Assembly (NCBI GenBank): GCA_965215505.1
Contig: OZ244065.1
Span: forward strand, 5,408,001 to 5,472,000
From: Capsulimonadaceae bacterium
GTDB taxonomy: Bacteria; Armatimonadota; Armatimonadia; Armatimonadales; Capsulimonadaceae
DNA length: 64,000 nt
Reading direction: 5' to 3'
The notes under the pieces are model-generated. The model had not been told where the DNA came from. It searched no databases and was given only the letters and a program-made list of their open reading frames with translations. Within the stretch, counting starts at the first letter, position 1. Every line of letters starts with the position of its first letter. Shown one piece after another: positions 37,062 to 46,478 of the stretch. The translations under genes and the position numbers were made by a program.

Positions 37062-38651
37062 ATGAAGAAAATCATTACCCTGCTCGCCCTGCCGCTCGTC
37101 CTGTGCTGCGTCCTCGGCGGGCGGACCGCCGCCGCGCCCTCGGACATCGTGCCGCGCGGCAGTTCGCTCCTGGACGCCTTCGCCAAGCTGGCGCAGGCGG
37201 ACGCCTTCGGGGCCGCAGACACCCCCGAAGACTTCCTGGGCGAGCCGCTGTATACGCGCGGGCAGCTCGCGCACCTCCTGGAAGTTCTGCTCCAGGGCGA
37301 TCCGAAGCGGCTGGCCCGCATCCAAAAGGAGGACGCCGACAACGCCGCCTTCCAGGCCGCCCTCCAGATGCTCACTCCGGAGCTGGCGGCGGATGGCGCG
37401 GACCTTTCCGAAGTGAACACCATCCCGGCGCGCGGGACGTCCGTGAGCGGGTACGTCCAGCCCGAAGTGCGCTCGGGGTCGGGCGGCGGGGGGCACTCCG
37501 GGGGCATCGGCGTCTACCGCGTTACCGCCCTGGGTAACCTGCGGTCTAACGTGCGCTACACCGTGTCCGCCTCCAACTGGGCGGAAGACTACCGGCGTAT
37601 CTTTGACAACGACATCGGCCCGCACGACTTCTCCGCCGTCAATGAGGCCTATGTGGAACTCGACGGCGGGCGCGGCCTGCGGGTGGACCTGGGCCGGATG
37701 CAGAACCGGTGGGGGCCTGGCACGCGGGGCGCGGCCCTGCTGTCCGACAACGCGCCGCCGCTGGACCAGCTCCAGGTCCGGTTCCCCTTCAGCCTCGGCC
37801 CGCGTTTCGGCCGGGGCTACCAGTTCTCCCAGCTTCTGGGCCAATTCTCCGAAGGCGGCTCCGTCCGGTACTTCGCCGCCCGCCGCATCGAGCTTGCAGT
37901 AAACCCGCGCCTGACCGCCGACCTCCAGGAAGCCTATAAGGCTTCCACCTCGCGCGCACTGGTCGTGTCCCTGCTCCCCGACTTCTACAGCGGCAAGAAC
38001 GCCAACCTTGCTCCGGCCTTTCCCGGCGTGGCGATCCGGAACCTGGAGGACTACTACAACGCCGTCCTGGGCCTCGGCCTGACCTACGACGCGGGGGGGG
38101 CGGGACGTGTCTATGGCCAGTTCGCCCTGGACGACCTGCGCTCGCCGGGCCGGCACAGCGGGAAGACGCCGCGCAAGATCGCCTACCTCGTCGGCTTCGC
38201 CGCCCGCCCGTTTGCCCGCACCGGCGTCACAGCAGAATACCTCTTCGCGGACCCGACGACCTATTCGTTCCACACCACGGCGGTCCAGTGGCAGGAGGGG
38301 CTTTACGACGAGATCGGGCTGCCGAGCGGCCCAAACACGCAGGAGGTCTACGTCCGGGTGGAGCAGAAGCTGACCCGGAAACTCTCGCTGGCCCTGTCCG
38401 CGCGGGACCGCCGCCGCCACGACGACTCGTTCCCCGCCCCGACCGCCCGCGACCTCGCCGCCACCGCCTCCTATGCGCTCGACGGGCGTAACGCCGTCCG
38501 GCTGACCTTCCACGACTACCGCCAGGACCCGTTCCCGCTCGCCCCCACGGCCACGGTCGGCAACAGTTTCCAGCCCAGCAATGTGGAAGGCGACTACGGC
38601 CAGTTGCTCCGCATCCGCCAACTCGACGTGGCCTATCAGGTCTTTTTCTAG
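37062..38651 (+). CDS. Capsule assembly Wzi-family outer-membrane beta-barrel
   Basis: Signal peptide, GRMQNRWGPG...LLSDNAPPLD, YGQFALDD, C-terminal Phe. Confidence 0.75.
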   Translation: MKKIITLLALPLVLCCVLGGRTAAAPSDIVPRGSSLLDAFAKLAQADAFGAADTPEDFLGEPLYTRGQLAHLLEVLLQGDPKRLARIQKEDADNAAFQAALQMLTPELAADGADLSEVNTIPARGTSVSGYVQPEVRSGSGGGGHSGGIGVYRVTALGNLRSNVRYTVSASNWAEDYRRIFDNDIGPHDFSAVNEAYVELDGGRGLRVDLGRMQNRWGPGTRGAALLSDNAPPLDQLQVRFPFSLGPRFGRGYQFSQLLGQFSEGGSVRYFAARRIELAVNPRLTADLQEAYKASTSRALVVSLLPDFYSGKNANLAPAFPGVAIRNLEDYYNAVLGLGLTYDAGGAGRVYGQFALDDLRSPGRHSGKTPRKIAYLVGFAARPFARTGVTAEYLFADPTTYSFHTTAVQWQEGLYDEIGLPSGPNTQEVYVRVEQKLTRKLSLALSARDRRRHDDSFPAPTARDLAATASYALDGRNAVRLTFHDYRQDPFPLAPTATVGNSFQPSNVEGDYGQLLRIRQLDVAYQVFF

Positions 38652-38744
38652 GCGGGTGCCCGTTCGCGTTTCCCGCAGCGCCGGTGGGGGAATGGTGTGG
38701 AAACACAACCCCCTCACGCTAGCAGCTTGCGCTAAAGGACCGCC

Positions 38745-40715
38745 ATGAGACTCGTTGACAGACTGCTGGGCCGGCCGCTGACCTCCTCGGAGGAAGGGGA
38801 ACAGAAGATCGGCGTCGTCGCCGGCGTCCCCTCCCTTGGATTGGACGGCCTCTCCTCCGCCGCTTACGGCCCCGAGGCCGCACTCACCCTGCTGCTGCCC
38901 CTGGGCGTTCTGGGCCTGAACTACATCGGGCCGATTACCGGGGTTATCCTCGCCCTCCTCCTCATTCTCTACTTTTCCTACCGTCAGACCATCACGGCCT
39001 ACCCCAACGGCGGCGGTTCCTACACCGTCGCCCACGAAAACCTGGGCATCAAGTTCGGACTGCTGGCCGCCGCCGCCCTGATGCTCGACTACACCCTCAC
39101 CGTCGCCGTCGGCATCTCGGCGGGCGTCGGCGCGCTCATCTCCGCCGCCCCCGGCCTGCATAAACACACGTTAGGGCTGTGCCTCGGGTTCCTGTCCCTG
39201 ATCACGGTCGTCAACCTGCGCGGGGCGCGCGAGGCCGGGGCCATCTTCGCCCTGCCCACCTACCTGTTCGTCCTCAGCCTCGGGGGCGTCCTCGTCTACG
39301 GCATCGTTCAGGCCATCGGGCACGGCGGCCACCCGCACCCGGTCCTCGCCCCGCCCGCCGTCCCCAGGGCCGTGGAGGGCGTCAGCCTGTGGCTGCTGCT
39401 GCGCGCCTTCGCCTCCGGCTGCACGGCGATGACCGGCGTGGAGGCCGTCTCCAACGGCGTTACCATCTTCGCCGACCCCATAGTCCGGAACGCCCAGCGG
39501 ACTCTGACGGCCATCGTCATCATCCTGCTCGCCCTGCTGGCCGGCATCGCCTACCTCTGCCGCGCCTACGGCATCGCGGCCATGGACGAGGCGCGGCCGG
39601 ACTACCAGAGCGTGATCTCGTTGCTGCTGAACGCTGCGGTGGGGCGCGGGGTGATCTACTACGTCACCCTGGGCAGCGTGCTGGCCGTGCTCGTGCTGTC
39701 GGCGAACACCAGCTACGCGGGCTTCCCGCGCCTGTGTCGGCTGGTCGCCCTGGACGGCTACCTGCCGCGCGCCTTCGCGCTGCTGGGGCGGCGGCTGGTC
39801 TACACGGTCGGCATCCTGTTCCTGACCGGCCTGTGCGCCATCCTGCTGGTCGCCTTCAAGGGCATCACGGACAGGCTGATCCCGCTCTACGCCGTCGGCG
39901 CGTTCATGGCCTTCACGCTCTCGCAGGCCGGGATGGTGATGCACTGGCGGCGGGAGTCGCAGAGCGGGGAAAGCAGGAACAAGGCTGGGGCGGGCGGCGC
40001 GCTGTTCATCAACGGGCTGGGGGCGCTCTGTACGGCCCTGGCCCTCGGGGTCATCCTGGTCGCTAAGTTCGTCGAGGGGGCGTGGATCACCGTCCCGGTG
40101 CTGGGCGGCCTGATGGCGCTCTTCTTCGGCGTCAGGCACCACTACGACGCCGTGGCGCAGCAGATCGGGCACCCGTGCGCGCTTGACCTGAGCCGCAACG
40201 ATCCGCCCGTGGCCGTGGTGCCGCTGGGGGCCTGGAACATCGTCACGGAGCGCGCCCTGCGCTTCGGGATGCGTCTGTCGCCGGACGTGTACGCGGTCTA
40301 TGTCCGGCTGCCCGACGCGAACGGCAAGGACGAAGAGGGAGAGAAGAAGGCGGAAGAGCTGCGTAAGCAGTGGGCGGAGCAGGTGGACAAGCCCGCCCAA
40401 GCGGCGGGCCTGCCCGCACCGCATCTGGAGGTGCTGTCGTCGCCGTACCGGAAGGTGACGGGGCCTCTAAAGTCCTACCTGAATACGTTGAAGACGCAGT
40501 ACCCGGACCGGCTGATCGCGGTGATCATCCCGGAACTGGTGGAGACGCGGTGGTGGGACTGGCTGCTGCACAACCACCGGGCGACGGCCCTGAAGGCGAA
40601 CCTGCTGCTGCTGGGCGACCCGCGCATAGTGGTCATCAACGTCCCCTGGTATGTACAGTACGGCAAGGCGGCGCAGAAGGCACCGCCGCCGAGTAAAGCT
40701 GGGGCCGCTTTCTAA
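38745..40715 (+). CDS. APC family permease, KimA/YdaO-like K+ transporter
   Basis: DGLSSAAYGPE, YPNGGGSY, GCTAMTGVEAVSNG, cytoplasmic SPYR...LHN domain. Confidence 0.9.
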   Translation: MRLVDRLLGRPLTSSEEGEQKIGVVAGVPSLGLDGLSSAAYGPEAALTLLLPLGVLGLNYIGPITGVILALLLILYFSYRQTITAYPNGGGSYTVAHENLGIKFGLLAAAALMLDYTLTVAVGISAGVGALISAAPGLHKHTLGLCLGFLSLITVVNLRGAREAGAIFALPTYLFVLSLGGVLVYGIVQAIGHGGHPHPVLAPPAVPRAVEGVSLWLLLRAFASGCTAMTGVEAVSNGVTIFADPIVRNAQRTLTAIVIILLALLAGIAYLCRAYGIAAMDEARPDYQSVISLLLNAAVGRGVIYYVTLGSVLAVLVLSANTSYAGFPRLCRLVALDGYLPRAFALLGRRLVYTVGILFLTGLCAILLVAFKGITDRLIPLYAVGAFMAFTLSQAGMVMHWRRESQSGESRNKAGAGGALFINGLGALCTALALGVILVAKFVEGAWITVPVLGGLMALFFGVRHHYDAVAQQIGHPCALDLSRNDPPVAVVPLGAWNIVTERALRFGMRLSPDVYAVYVRLPDANGKDEEGEKKAEELRKQWAEQVDKPAQAAGLPAPHLEVLSSPYRKVTGPLKSYLNTLKTQYPDRLIAVIIPELVETRWWDWLLHNHRATALKANLLLLGDPRIVVINVPWYVQYGKAAQKAPPPSKAGAAF

Positions 40716-41140
40716 GCCTGCTTGAAGTGGAAGCGCGTCTCGTGCTGCTGCGCCAGCAGCAGGGCGCGCTCGATAGCTTCCAGGTCGGCGATGACCTCTT
40801 CGGGCCGCAGGCTCGGGTCATAGATGGCGGCAGCGATGCCGCCCGGCTCGGCCCGGACGGCGTCCAGGGCGCGGCGGACGACGGCCAGCCCCAGGGCAGG
40901 CTCATACCAGTCCGGCGGGCCGAAGTCAATGTCCTGGAGGTCCTCCGCCCCGTCTTCCTCGTAGGGGTACACCATCCCCACGGCGACGGCCATCTGAGTC
41001 GGGTCCACGCTGACGAAGTCCGTCAATGCTTCCAGGTCCGGGTGCGCCTCCACGACGCGCGCCAAAGCCGACCCAGGGACGGCTGAACTGTCAAAGCCGG
41101 GGACCCGCTGCTCCAGCACGGGGATAAAGTTCGCGCTCAT
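40712..41140 (-). CDS. Hypothetical protein
   Basis: GAGGTG RBS, GC3-biased ORF. Confidence 0.7.
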   Translation of the reverse strand: MSANFIPVLEQRVPGFDSSAVPGSALARVVEAHPDLEALTDFVSVDPTQMAVAVGMVYPYEEDGAEDLQDIDFGPPDWYEPALGLAVVRRALDAVRAEPGGIAAAIYDPSLRPEEVIADLEAIERALLLAQQHETRFHFKQA

Positions 41141-41287
41141 GGGACACCTCTTTCTCCCCGGACTTGAAGTAGGGGGTCAGCACATTCTACCCACGCCCGC
41201 CGCCTGCCTGACATACCGGACGGCTGTTGTGGGAAAGATAACGCGGCCCGCCCGGAGCAGGGCGGGGCAGTAAGGGAGGGTTTCGCG

Positions 41288-42181
41288 GTGACGGTCACTC
41301 ACGAAGAAGAAACAGTGGAAAGCGCGCTGGACGGAACGACGACGGCGCTGACGGACAGGGGAGTTCTTGACCCCGCCCGCTGGGCGGCGACATTGGTGGC
41401 CGCCGTGCTGGACGTGCCGCATGTGGAACTGCCCGACCGGCGGGTGCAGCCGCTGACGGGCACACAGGCCGGCCGCCTGCGCGGTTTGATCGCACAGGTG
41501 ACGCCGGACGCGCCGGTCGCCTATCTGGTCGGGCGCGCGCCCTTCCTGGACGGCGACTTCGAGGTGACGCGCGACACCCTGATCTGCAAGCCCGACACGG
41601 AGCTGTTCGTCGTGCTGGTGCTGGCGCAGGTCGCCGCCGAGCCGCTGTCTGCCTCCCCGCGCGTCCTGGAGCTGTGCGCGGGCAGCGGGTGCGTTGCCAT
41701 CACCTTCGCCAAGCGCCTGCCGGGCGCGCGCGTCGCGGCGACCGACATCTCCCGCGCCGCCCTGGCGGTCGCCCGGCGCAACGTCACCCGGCACGGGCTT
41801 GATGGCCGTGTCGTGCTGGGACAGGGGGACCTGTGCGCGCCGCTCCCCGCGCTGTCCGAAGGCCGCCCGTTCGACCTGATCGTGTCCAACCCGCCCTACA
41901 TCCCGACCGATCTCATCGCGGGCATGGGCCGGCACGTCGCCGATCACGAGCCGCATCTGGCCCTGGACGGCGGCGCGGACGGCCTGGACCCGCACCGCCG
42001 CATCCTCGCCGATGCCCTCCCGTTCCTTGCGCCCGGCGGCCGGATGTTTCTGGAACACGAACACTACCACGGCCCCGCTGCGCTGGCCCTGGCCGCCCGG
42101 CACCCCGAGTACGAGGACGCGCGCATCCTCCAGGATGCCAACGGCAGAGACCGTGCCTTGTTCGTCCGCCGCCGGGCGTGA
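41288..42181 (+). CDS. prmC: HemK/PrmC-family N5-glutamine methyltransferase
   Basis: PVAYLVG, LELCAGSGC, VSNPPYI, EPHLALDGGADGL. Confidence 0.8.
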   Translation: MTVTHEEETVESALDGTTTALTDRGVLDPARWAATLVAAVLDVPHVELPDRRVQPLTGTQAGRLRGLIAQVTPDAPVAYLVGRAPFLDGDFEVTRDTLICKPDTELFVVLVLAQVAAEPLSASPRVLELCAGSGCVAITFAKRLPGARVAATDISRAALAVARRNVTRHGLDGRVVLGQGDLCAPLPALSEGRPFDLIVSNPPYIPTDLIAGMGRHVADHEPHLALDGGADGLDPHRRILADALPFLAPGGRMFLEHEHYHGPAALALAARHPEYEDARILQDANGRDRALFVRRRA

Positions 42182-42190
42182 CGGGTTCCG

Positions 42191-43819
42191 CTACCCTTTG
42201 AGAGCCGCCAGTATCTTCTGCCCGTCCGGCGTCCCCAGGCCCGTGCAGGCGTCCCAGCCGACCGTCGCCGCATAGCCGACGCCGTTCGGGCCGACCTTGT
42301 TGTCGCCCTGTGTGATGTCGTGGAAGGCCCCGGCCGCCTTCACCTTGCTGTAGAGCAGGGTGTTCACGAAGCCGGCCCGCGCGCCCAGGCTCTGGTTGAT
42401 CAGGGCGATCAGGCCCGCCCACAGCGGGGCCACCGCGCTGGTCCCGCCGAAGCCCTGGAGGAACTGGCCGTCCACCTGGATGTCGTAGCCCGTCGCCGGG
42501 TCGGCGTCCCCGGCCACATCCGGGACGCCCCGGCCCGGTTTAAGTCCCGCCCCCGCCGGGGCCGGGAGCGCGACTCCCTGCTGATAGGCGGGGACGGGGA
42601 AGAACTGGCTGATGCCGCCGCCCGTCGCGCCGAAGCCCTGGCTCTGCGGGTCGGCCGAGTGCTGGTTCCAGACGGTTTCCGAGGCGATCACGCCGCCCGA
42701 CGCTGTGAGCGAGGTGCCGCCGCAGGCCAGCGCCCAGGGGCTGGAGGAGGGGAAGTCCACATGCGGCTGGCCGTCCCAGGTGTTCGAGTCCTCGTCGGCG
42801 GCCCCGCTGTCCCCGGCCGCCGTGCAGACCGTGATGCCGAGCATGGCCGCCGACTGGAGCGCGGCGTCGAACTGCTGCATGAACGCCGCCGTGCCGGCCG
42901 ACTCGGGTCCGCCCCAACTAATCGAGATCACCGAGGGGCTGTTCTTGGCGTCGTGGATCGCCGTCGTCAGGGCGTCCAGGAAGTTCTGGTCGCTCCCGTT
43001 CGGGGCGAAGTAGGCCACGACGCTCGCCCCCGGCGCGACCGCGCCGGCGACCTCGATGTCCAGCAGCACCTCCCCGTCGGCGCTGTCGGGCGAGCCGGCC
43101 GGATGGTTCCGGGCGTGATCCACCGAGACGGATGTGACGCGCGGGAGTCTGACGCCCAGCCTCTGGAAGTAGGCCTTCAGGTCGGCGGGCTTGTAGCCGC
43201 CGCCCAGCTCGATGATGCCGATGGTCTGTCCGGTCCCGTCCACCCCCGTGGGGAAGTCGTAGAGTTGGGCTAGGGCAGGCGGCGTGAAGGTCGCTGGCTG
43301 GGCCGCCGCCGGGCGGCGGCGGGAAAGGTGCGACTTGGCGAACGTCCGGTTGTCCAGGCCGAAGACGCCCTCGACGACGCCCTCCAGATCGTCCGGGATG
43401 GAAACCATGCCGGTGCGGCCCCGGTAGGTGCCGTGCGGGTATTCGTAGTCGCTCAGTGTCACCCCGAAGGCCGCCTCGGCGGCCCGGACGGTCCCGGACA
43501 GGACGACCGACCGGCGGCCCGCGCTCTTCTCGACGACGTGGAGGCCGTGCTGGCGGGCGAATGCGGCGACTCGCTCCATGTCCGCCTCGTCCGCCCCGTA
43601 CTGATGCTCGAACTCTCCCGCCGTCATGTACCGGCGCTCCGAGGGCAGTTGGGCCGCCATCGCCGCCATCTCTTCGGGCGAAGGCAGGGGCTGACGGGGC
43701 CGCACCCGGACCGTCACTTCCAGCCGCTCGTTCGGGTCCGCCGGGGCCGTGACGCTGGACTCCGGCAGCGGGTGGCGCTCGCTGCCGGGAAGGCTGACAT
43801 ATCCTGCTTTTGCGCTCAT
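42191..43819 (-). CDS. S53 peptidase (kumamolisin/sedolisin)
   Basis: Prodomain, EVLLDIE, AAGDSG, GGTSAVAP, WDACTGLG. Confidence 0.95.
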   Translation of the reverse strand: MSAKAGYVSLPGSERHPLPESSVTAPADPNERLEVTVRVRPRQPLPSPEEMAAMAAQLPSERRYMTAGEFEHQYGADEADMERVAAFARQHGLHVVEKSAGRRSVVLSGTVRAAEAAFGVTLSDYEYPHGTYRGRTGMVSIPDDLEGVVEGVFGLDNRTFAKSHLSRRRPAAAQPATFTPPALAQLYDFPTGVDGTGQTIGIIELGGGYKPADLKAYFQRLGVRLPRVTSVSVDHARNHPAGSPDSADGEVLLDIEVAGAVAPGASVVAYFAPNGSDQNFLDALTTAIHDAKNSPSVISISWGGPESAGTAAFMQQFDAALQSAAMLGITVCTAAGDSGAADEDSNTWDGQPHVDFPSSSPWALACGGTSLTASGGVIASETVWNQHSADPQSQGFGATGGGISQFFPVPAYQQGVALPAPAGAGLKPGRGVPDVAGDADPATGYDIQVDGQFLQGFGGTSAVAPLWAGLIALINQSLGARAGFVNTLLYSKVKAAGAFHDITQGDNKVGPNGVGYAATVGWDACTGLGTPDGQKILAALKG

Positions 43820-43973
43820 CGTACTCTCCTGTGTCGCTCCGCCGCCGTGCCGCCCGGCGGGAAAGCCTGTGGCATGGCGCACACACGCTGGTGCCGTTAT
43901 GATGACACATCTACGGTAAGGAGTCAACCGCGATTCGGCAGGATTCTCGGCGCGGGCCGTCGTACAAAAGGGC

Positions 43974-44660
43974 ATGACACCCGAGTTCTCGCCGGCCGGT
44001 GATCTGGCCGTCCGCGCTGCCTTCGGGGCGGAGATCAGCCCCCACACCAACGCCCTCATCAGTCGCTTCTGCCGGCACCTCCAGGCGGAGCCGATCCGGG
44101 GCGTGACCGAGTGGGTGCCGGGCTACGCAACCGTGACCGTCTACTACCGGCCCTGGGACATCGGCTATGACGCGCTCTGCGAGGAGCTGACCCGGCGCAC
44201 CGGCGGAGTGGGGGCGGCGCAGACGCCCGAAGCGCGGCGGGTCGAAATCCTCGTCTGCTACGGCGGTGAACACGGGCCTGACTTGGACGAAGTCGCCGCC
44301 GCGCACGGTCTGACTCCTGCCCAGGTGATCGAGCGGCACGCGGGCGGGGAGTATCTGGTCTACTTCCTCGGCTTCCTGCCCGGCTTCCCTTACCTGGGCG
44401 GGCTGGACCCCGCGATCGCGACGCCCCGGCGGGCGACGCCGCGCCCTTCCGTCCCCGCCGGGGCGGTCGGCATCGCCGGGGCGCAGACCGGCGTCTACCC
44501 GCTGGAGACGCCCGGTGGCTGGCAGATCATCGGGCGGACGCCGCTGCGCCTGTACGACCCGGCCCGGCAGCCGCCCGCACTGCTGGCGGCGGGCGATTAT
44601 GTCCGGTTTGTCCCGATCCCAGAGCGGCAGTTTGAGGAGATGGCTGATGGATCGTATTGA
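43974..44660 (+). CDS. pxpB: 5-oxoprolinase subunit B
   Basis: GFLPGFPYL, GVYPLETPGGWQIIGRT. Confidence 0.95.
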   Translation: MTPEFSPAGDLAVRAAFGAEISPHTNALISRFCRHLQAEPIRGVTEWVPGYATVTVYYRPWDIGYDALCEELTRRTGGVGAAQTPEARRVEILVCYGGEHGPDLDEVAAAHGLTPAQVIERHAGGEYLVYFLGFLPGFPYLGGLDPAIATPRRATPRPSVPAGAVGIAGAQTGVYPLETPGGWQIIGRTPLRLYDPARQPPALLAAGDYVRFVPIPERQFEEMADGSY

Positions 44661-45411
44661 CCTGAACGCCGACATGGGCGAGAGCTTCGGTGCCTACACC
44701 CTGGGCGACGATGACGCCCTGCTCCAATCCGTCACGTCGGCGAACATCGCCTGCGGCTTCCACGCGGGCGACCCCAGCACGATGGCCCGCGCCGTCGCCT
44801 CATGCGCGGCGCGCGGCGTCGCCCTGGGCGCGCACCCCGGCCTGCCGGACCTGGCCGGGTTCGGCAGGCGCGCGCTGGCCGTCACGCCCGCCGAGGTCCG
44901 CGATTTGGTCACCTACCAGGTCGGGGCCTTGGCCGCCTTCGCCGCCCGGCACGGGCAGCGTCTCCAGCACGTCAAGCCGCACGGCGCGCTCTACAACATG
45001 GCCGAGCGCGACCCCGCCATCGCGGCGGCCATCGCCCAGGCCACATCCGAGGCAGATGCGGCCTTGATTCTGATGGGCCTGTCAGGCGGGCGGCTCGTCG
45101 CGGCGGGGCGTGAATTGGGCCTGCGCGTTACCCAGGAAGTGTTCGCCGACCGCTCCTACGCGCCCGATGGGACGCTGACGCCGCGTGGCCTGCCCGGCGC
45201 GGTCCTGCACGACTCCGCACAGGTCGCGGCCCGCATCGTCCGGCTCGTGACGGAGGGGAAGATCGCGGCGTCGGATGGCTCCGAGCTAGTGCCCATTGCA
45301 GACACGATCTGCCTGCACGGCGACTCGCCCGCCGCGGCCGGGCTTGCCGCCGCCGTCCGCAAGGCGCTCGAAGCCGTCGGCGTCGCCGTCCGGCCCTTGG
45401 GGCTGCCATGA
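44647..45411 (+). CDS. pxpA: 5-oxoprolinase subunit A (LamB/YcsF)
   Basis: DLNADMGESFG, ANIACGFHAGD, HVKPHGALYN, ICLHGD. Confidence 0.95.
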   Translation: MDRIDLNADMGESFGAYTLGDDDALLQSVTSANIACGFHAGDPSTMARAVASCAARGVALGAHPGLPDLAGFGRRALAVTPAEVRDLVTYQVGALAAFAARHGQRLQHVKPHGALYNMAERDPAIAAAIAQATSEADAALILMGLSGGRLVAAGRELGLRVTQEVFADRSYAPDGTLTPRGLPGAVLHDSAQVAARIVRLVTEGKIAASDGSELVPIADTICLHGDSPAAAGLAAAVRKALEAVGVAVRPLGLP

Positions 45412-46358
45412 CCCCAACGCCCATCCTGCGCGTCGAGTCGCCCGGCCTCCTGACCACGGTGCAGGATGAGGGCCGGTGGGGGCACCAGCGGGACGGCATG
45501 GTCGTAGCCGGCGCGATGGACCCGTTCGCGTCGGCTGTGGCGAATCTCCTGGTCGGCAACCCGCGCGGGGCGGCCGTCCTGGAGATCACGCTGCTCGGCC
45601 CGACCCTGCTGGCCCTCGCCGACCTCCGCCTGGCCCTGTGCGGCGGCGACCTGTCGCCGGCCGTGGACGGTCAGCCCGCACCCCTTTGGAAAACATTCAC
45701 ACTGCGCGAGGGGCAAACGCTCACCTTTGGCCGCCGCCGTGCGGGCGCGCGTGCCTACCTCGCCGTCATGGGCGGCTTCGCCGTTCCCGCCATACTCGGC
45801 AGCCGCGCGACCTTCCTGCGCGCCCAGATCGGCGGTTTCGAGGGGCGGCCCTTGCGGAAGGGCGACGTGCTGGAAGCCTGGCTTCATCCCCTCCCCCCCG
45901 GCGAGCGCGGCCTGCGCCCCGCCGACATCCCAGACTATGCCCAACCCGCTGTCCTGCACGTCCTGCCTGGCCCGCACTTCTCCGCCTTCGCCGACGCGGG
46001 CCGCAGCACCTTCTTTTCGTCCCCTTACACCGTCTCGCCGCAGTCCGACCGGCAGGGCTACCGGCTCACCGGCCCCGCCGTGGCACGCGCCGATGCCGCC
46101 GGCCTCCTCTCCGAAGCGATGCCCTGGGGGGGAGTCCAGGTCCCCCCGGACGGCCTGCCGATCCTGCTGATGGCCGACCGCCAGACGACCGGCGGCTACC
46201 CACTCGTCGGCGTCGTCATCTCCGCCGACCTGCCCCGCGCCGGCCAGCTCGCGCCGGGCGACTCGGTCCGCTTCGAGGCCGTGACACTGGCCGAGGCGCA
46301 TGAGTTGGCCTTGCGCCAGGAGCGGTGGCTCCGGGTGGTGGAGCAGGCGCGGCCCTAG
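45408..46358 (+). CDS. pxpC: 5-oxoprolinase subunit C
   Basis: TTVQDEGR, SDRQGYRL, DRQTTGGYP. Confidence 0.95.
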   Translation: MTPTPILRVESPGLLTTVQDEGRWGHQRDGMVVAGAMDPFASAVANLLVGNPRGAAVLEITLLGPTLLALADLRLALCGGDLSPAVDGQPAPLWKTFTLREGQTLTFGRRRAGARAYLAVMGGFAVPAILGSRATFLRAQIGGFEGRPLRKGDVLEAWLHPLPPGERGLRPADIPDYAQPAVLHVLPGPHFSAFADAGRSTFFSSPYTVSPQSDRQGYRLTGPAVARADAAGLLSEAMPWGGVQVPPDGLPILLMADRQTTGGYPLVGVVISADLPRAGQLAPGDSVRFEAVTLAEAHELALRQERWLRVVEQARP

Positions 46359-46478
46359 AGGGCCGGGTAAATCTAGCGGCCTGAGCCACCCGACGTCTCC
46401 CCGCCTCTTCCCTGCCCCTCCGACCCTTCCCTCCGAGGGGAGGGTGGCGAGTTTGCGAGACGGGAGAGGATCGGGGAC

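Noticed and set aside
38652-38744. Canonical ydaO c-di-AMP riboswitch
   Set aside because: The intergenic region is too short and lacks the conserved motif blocks.
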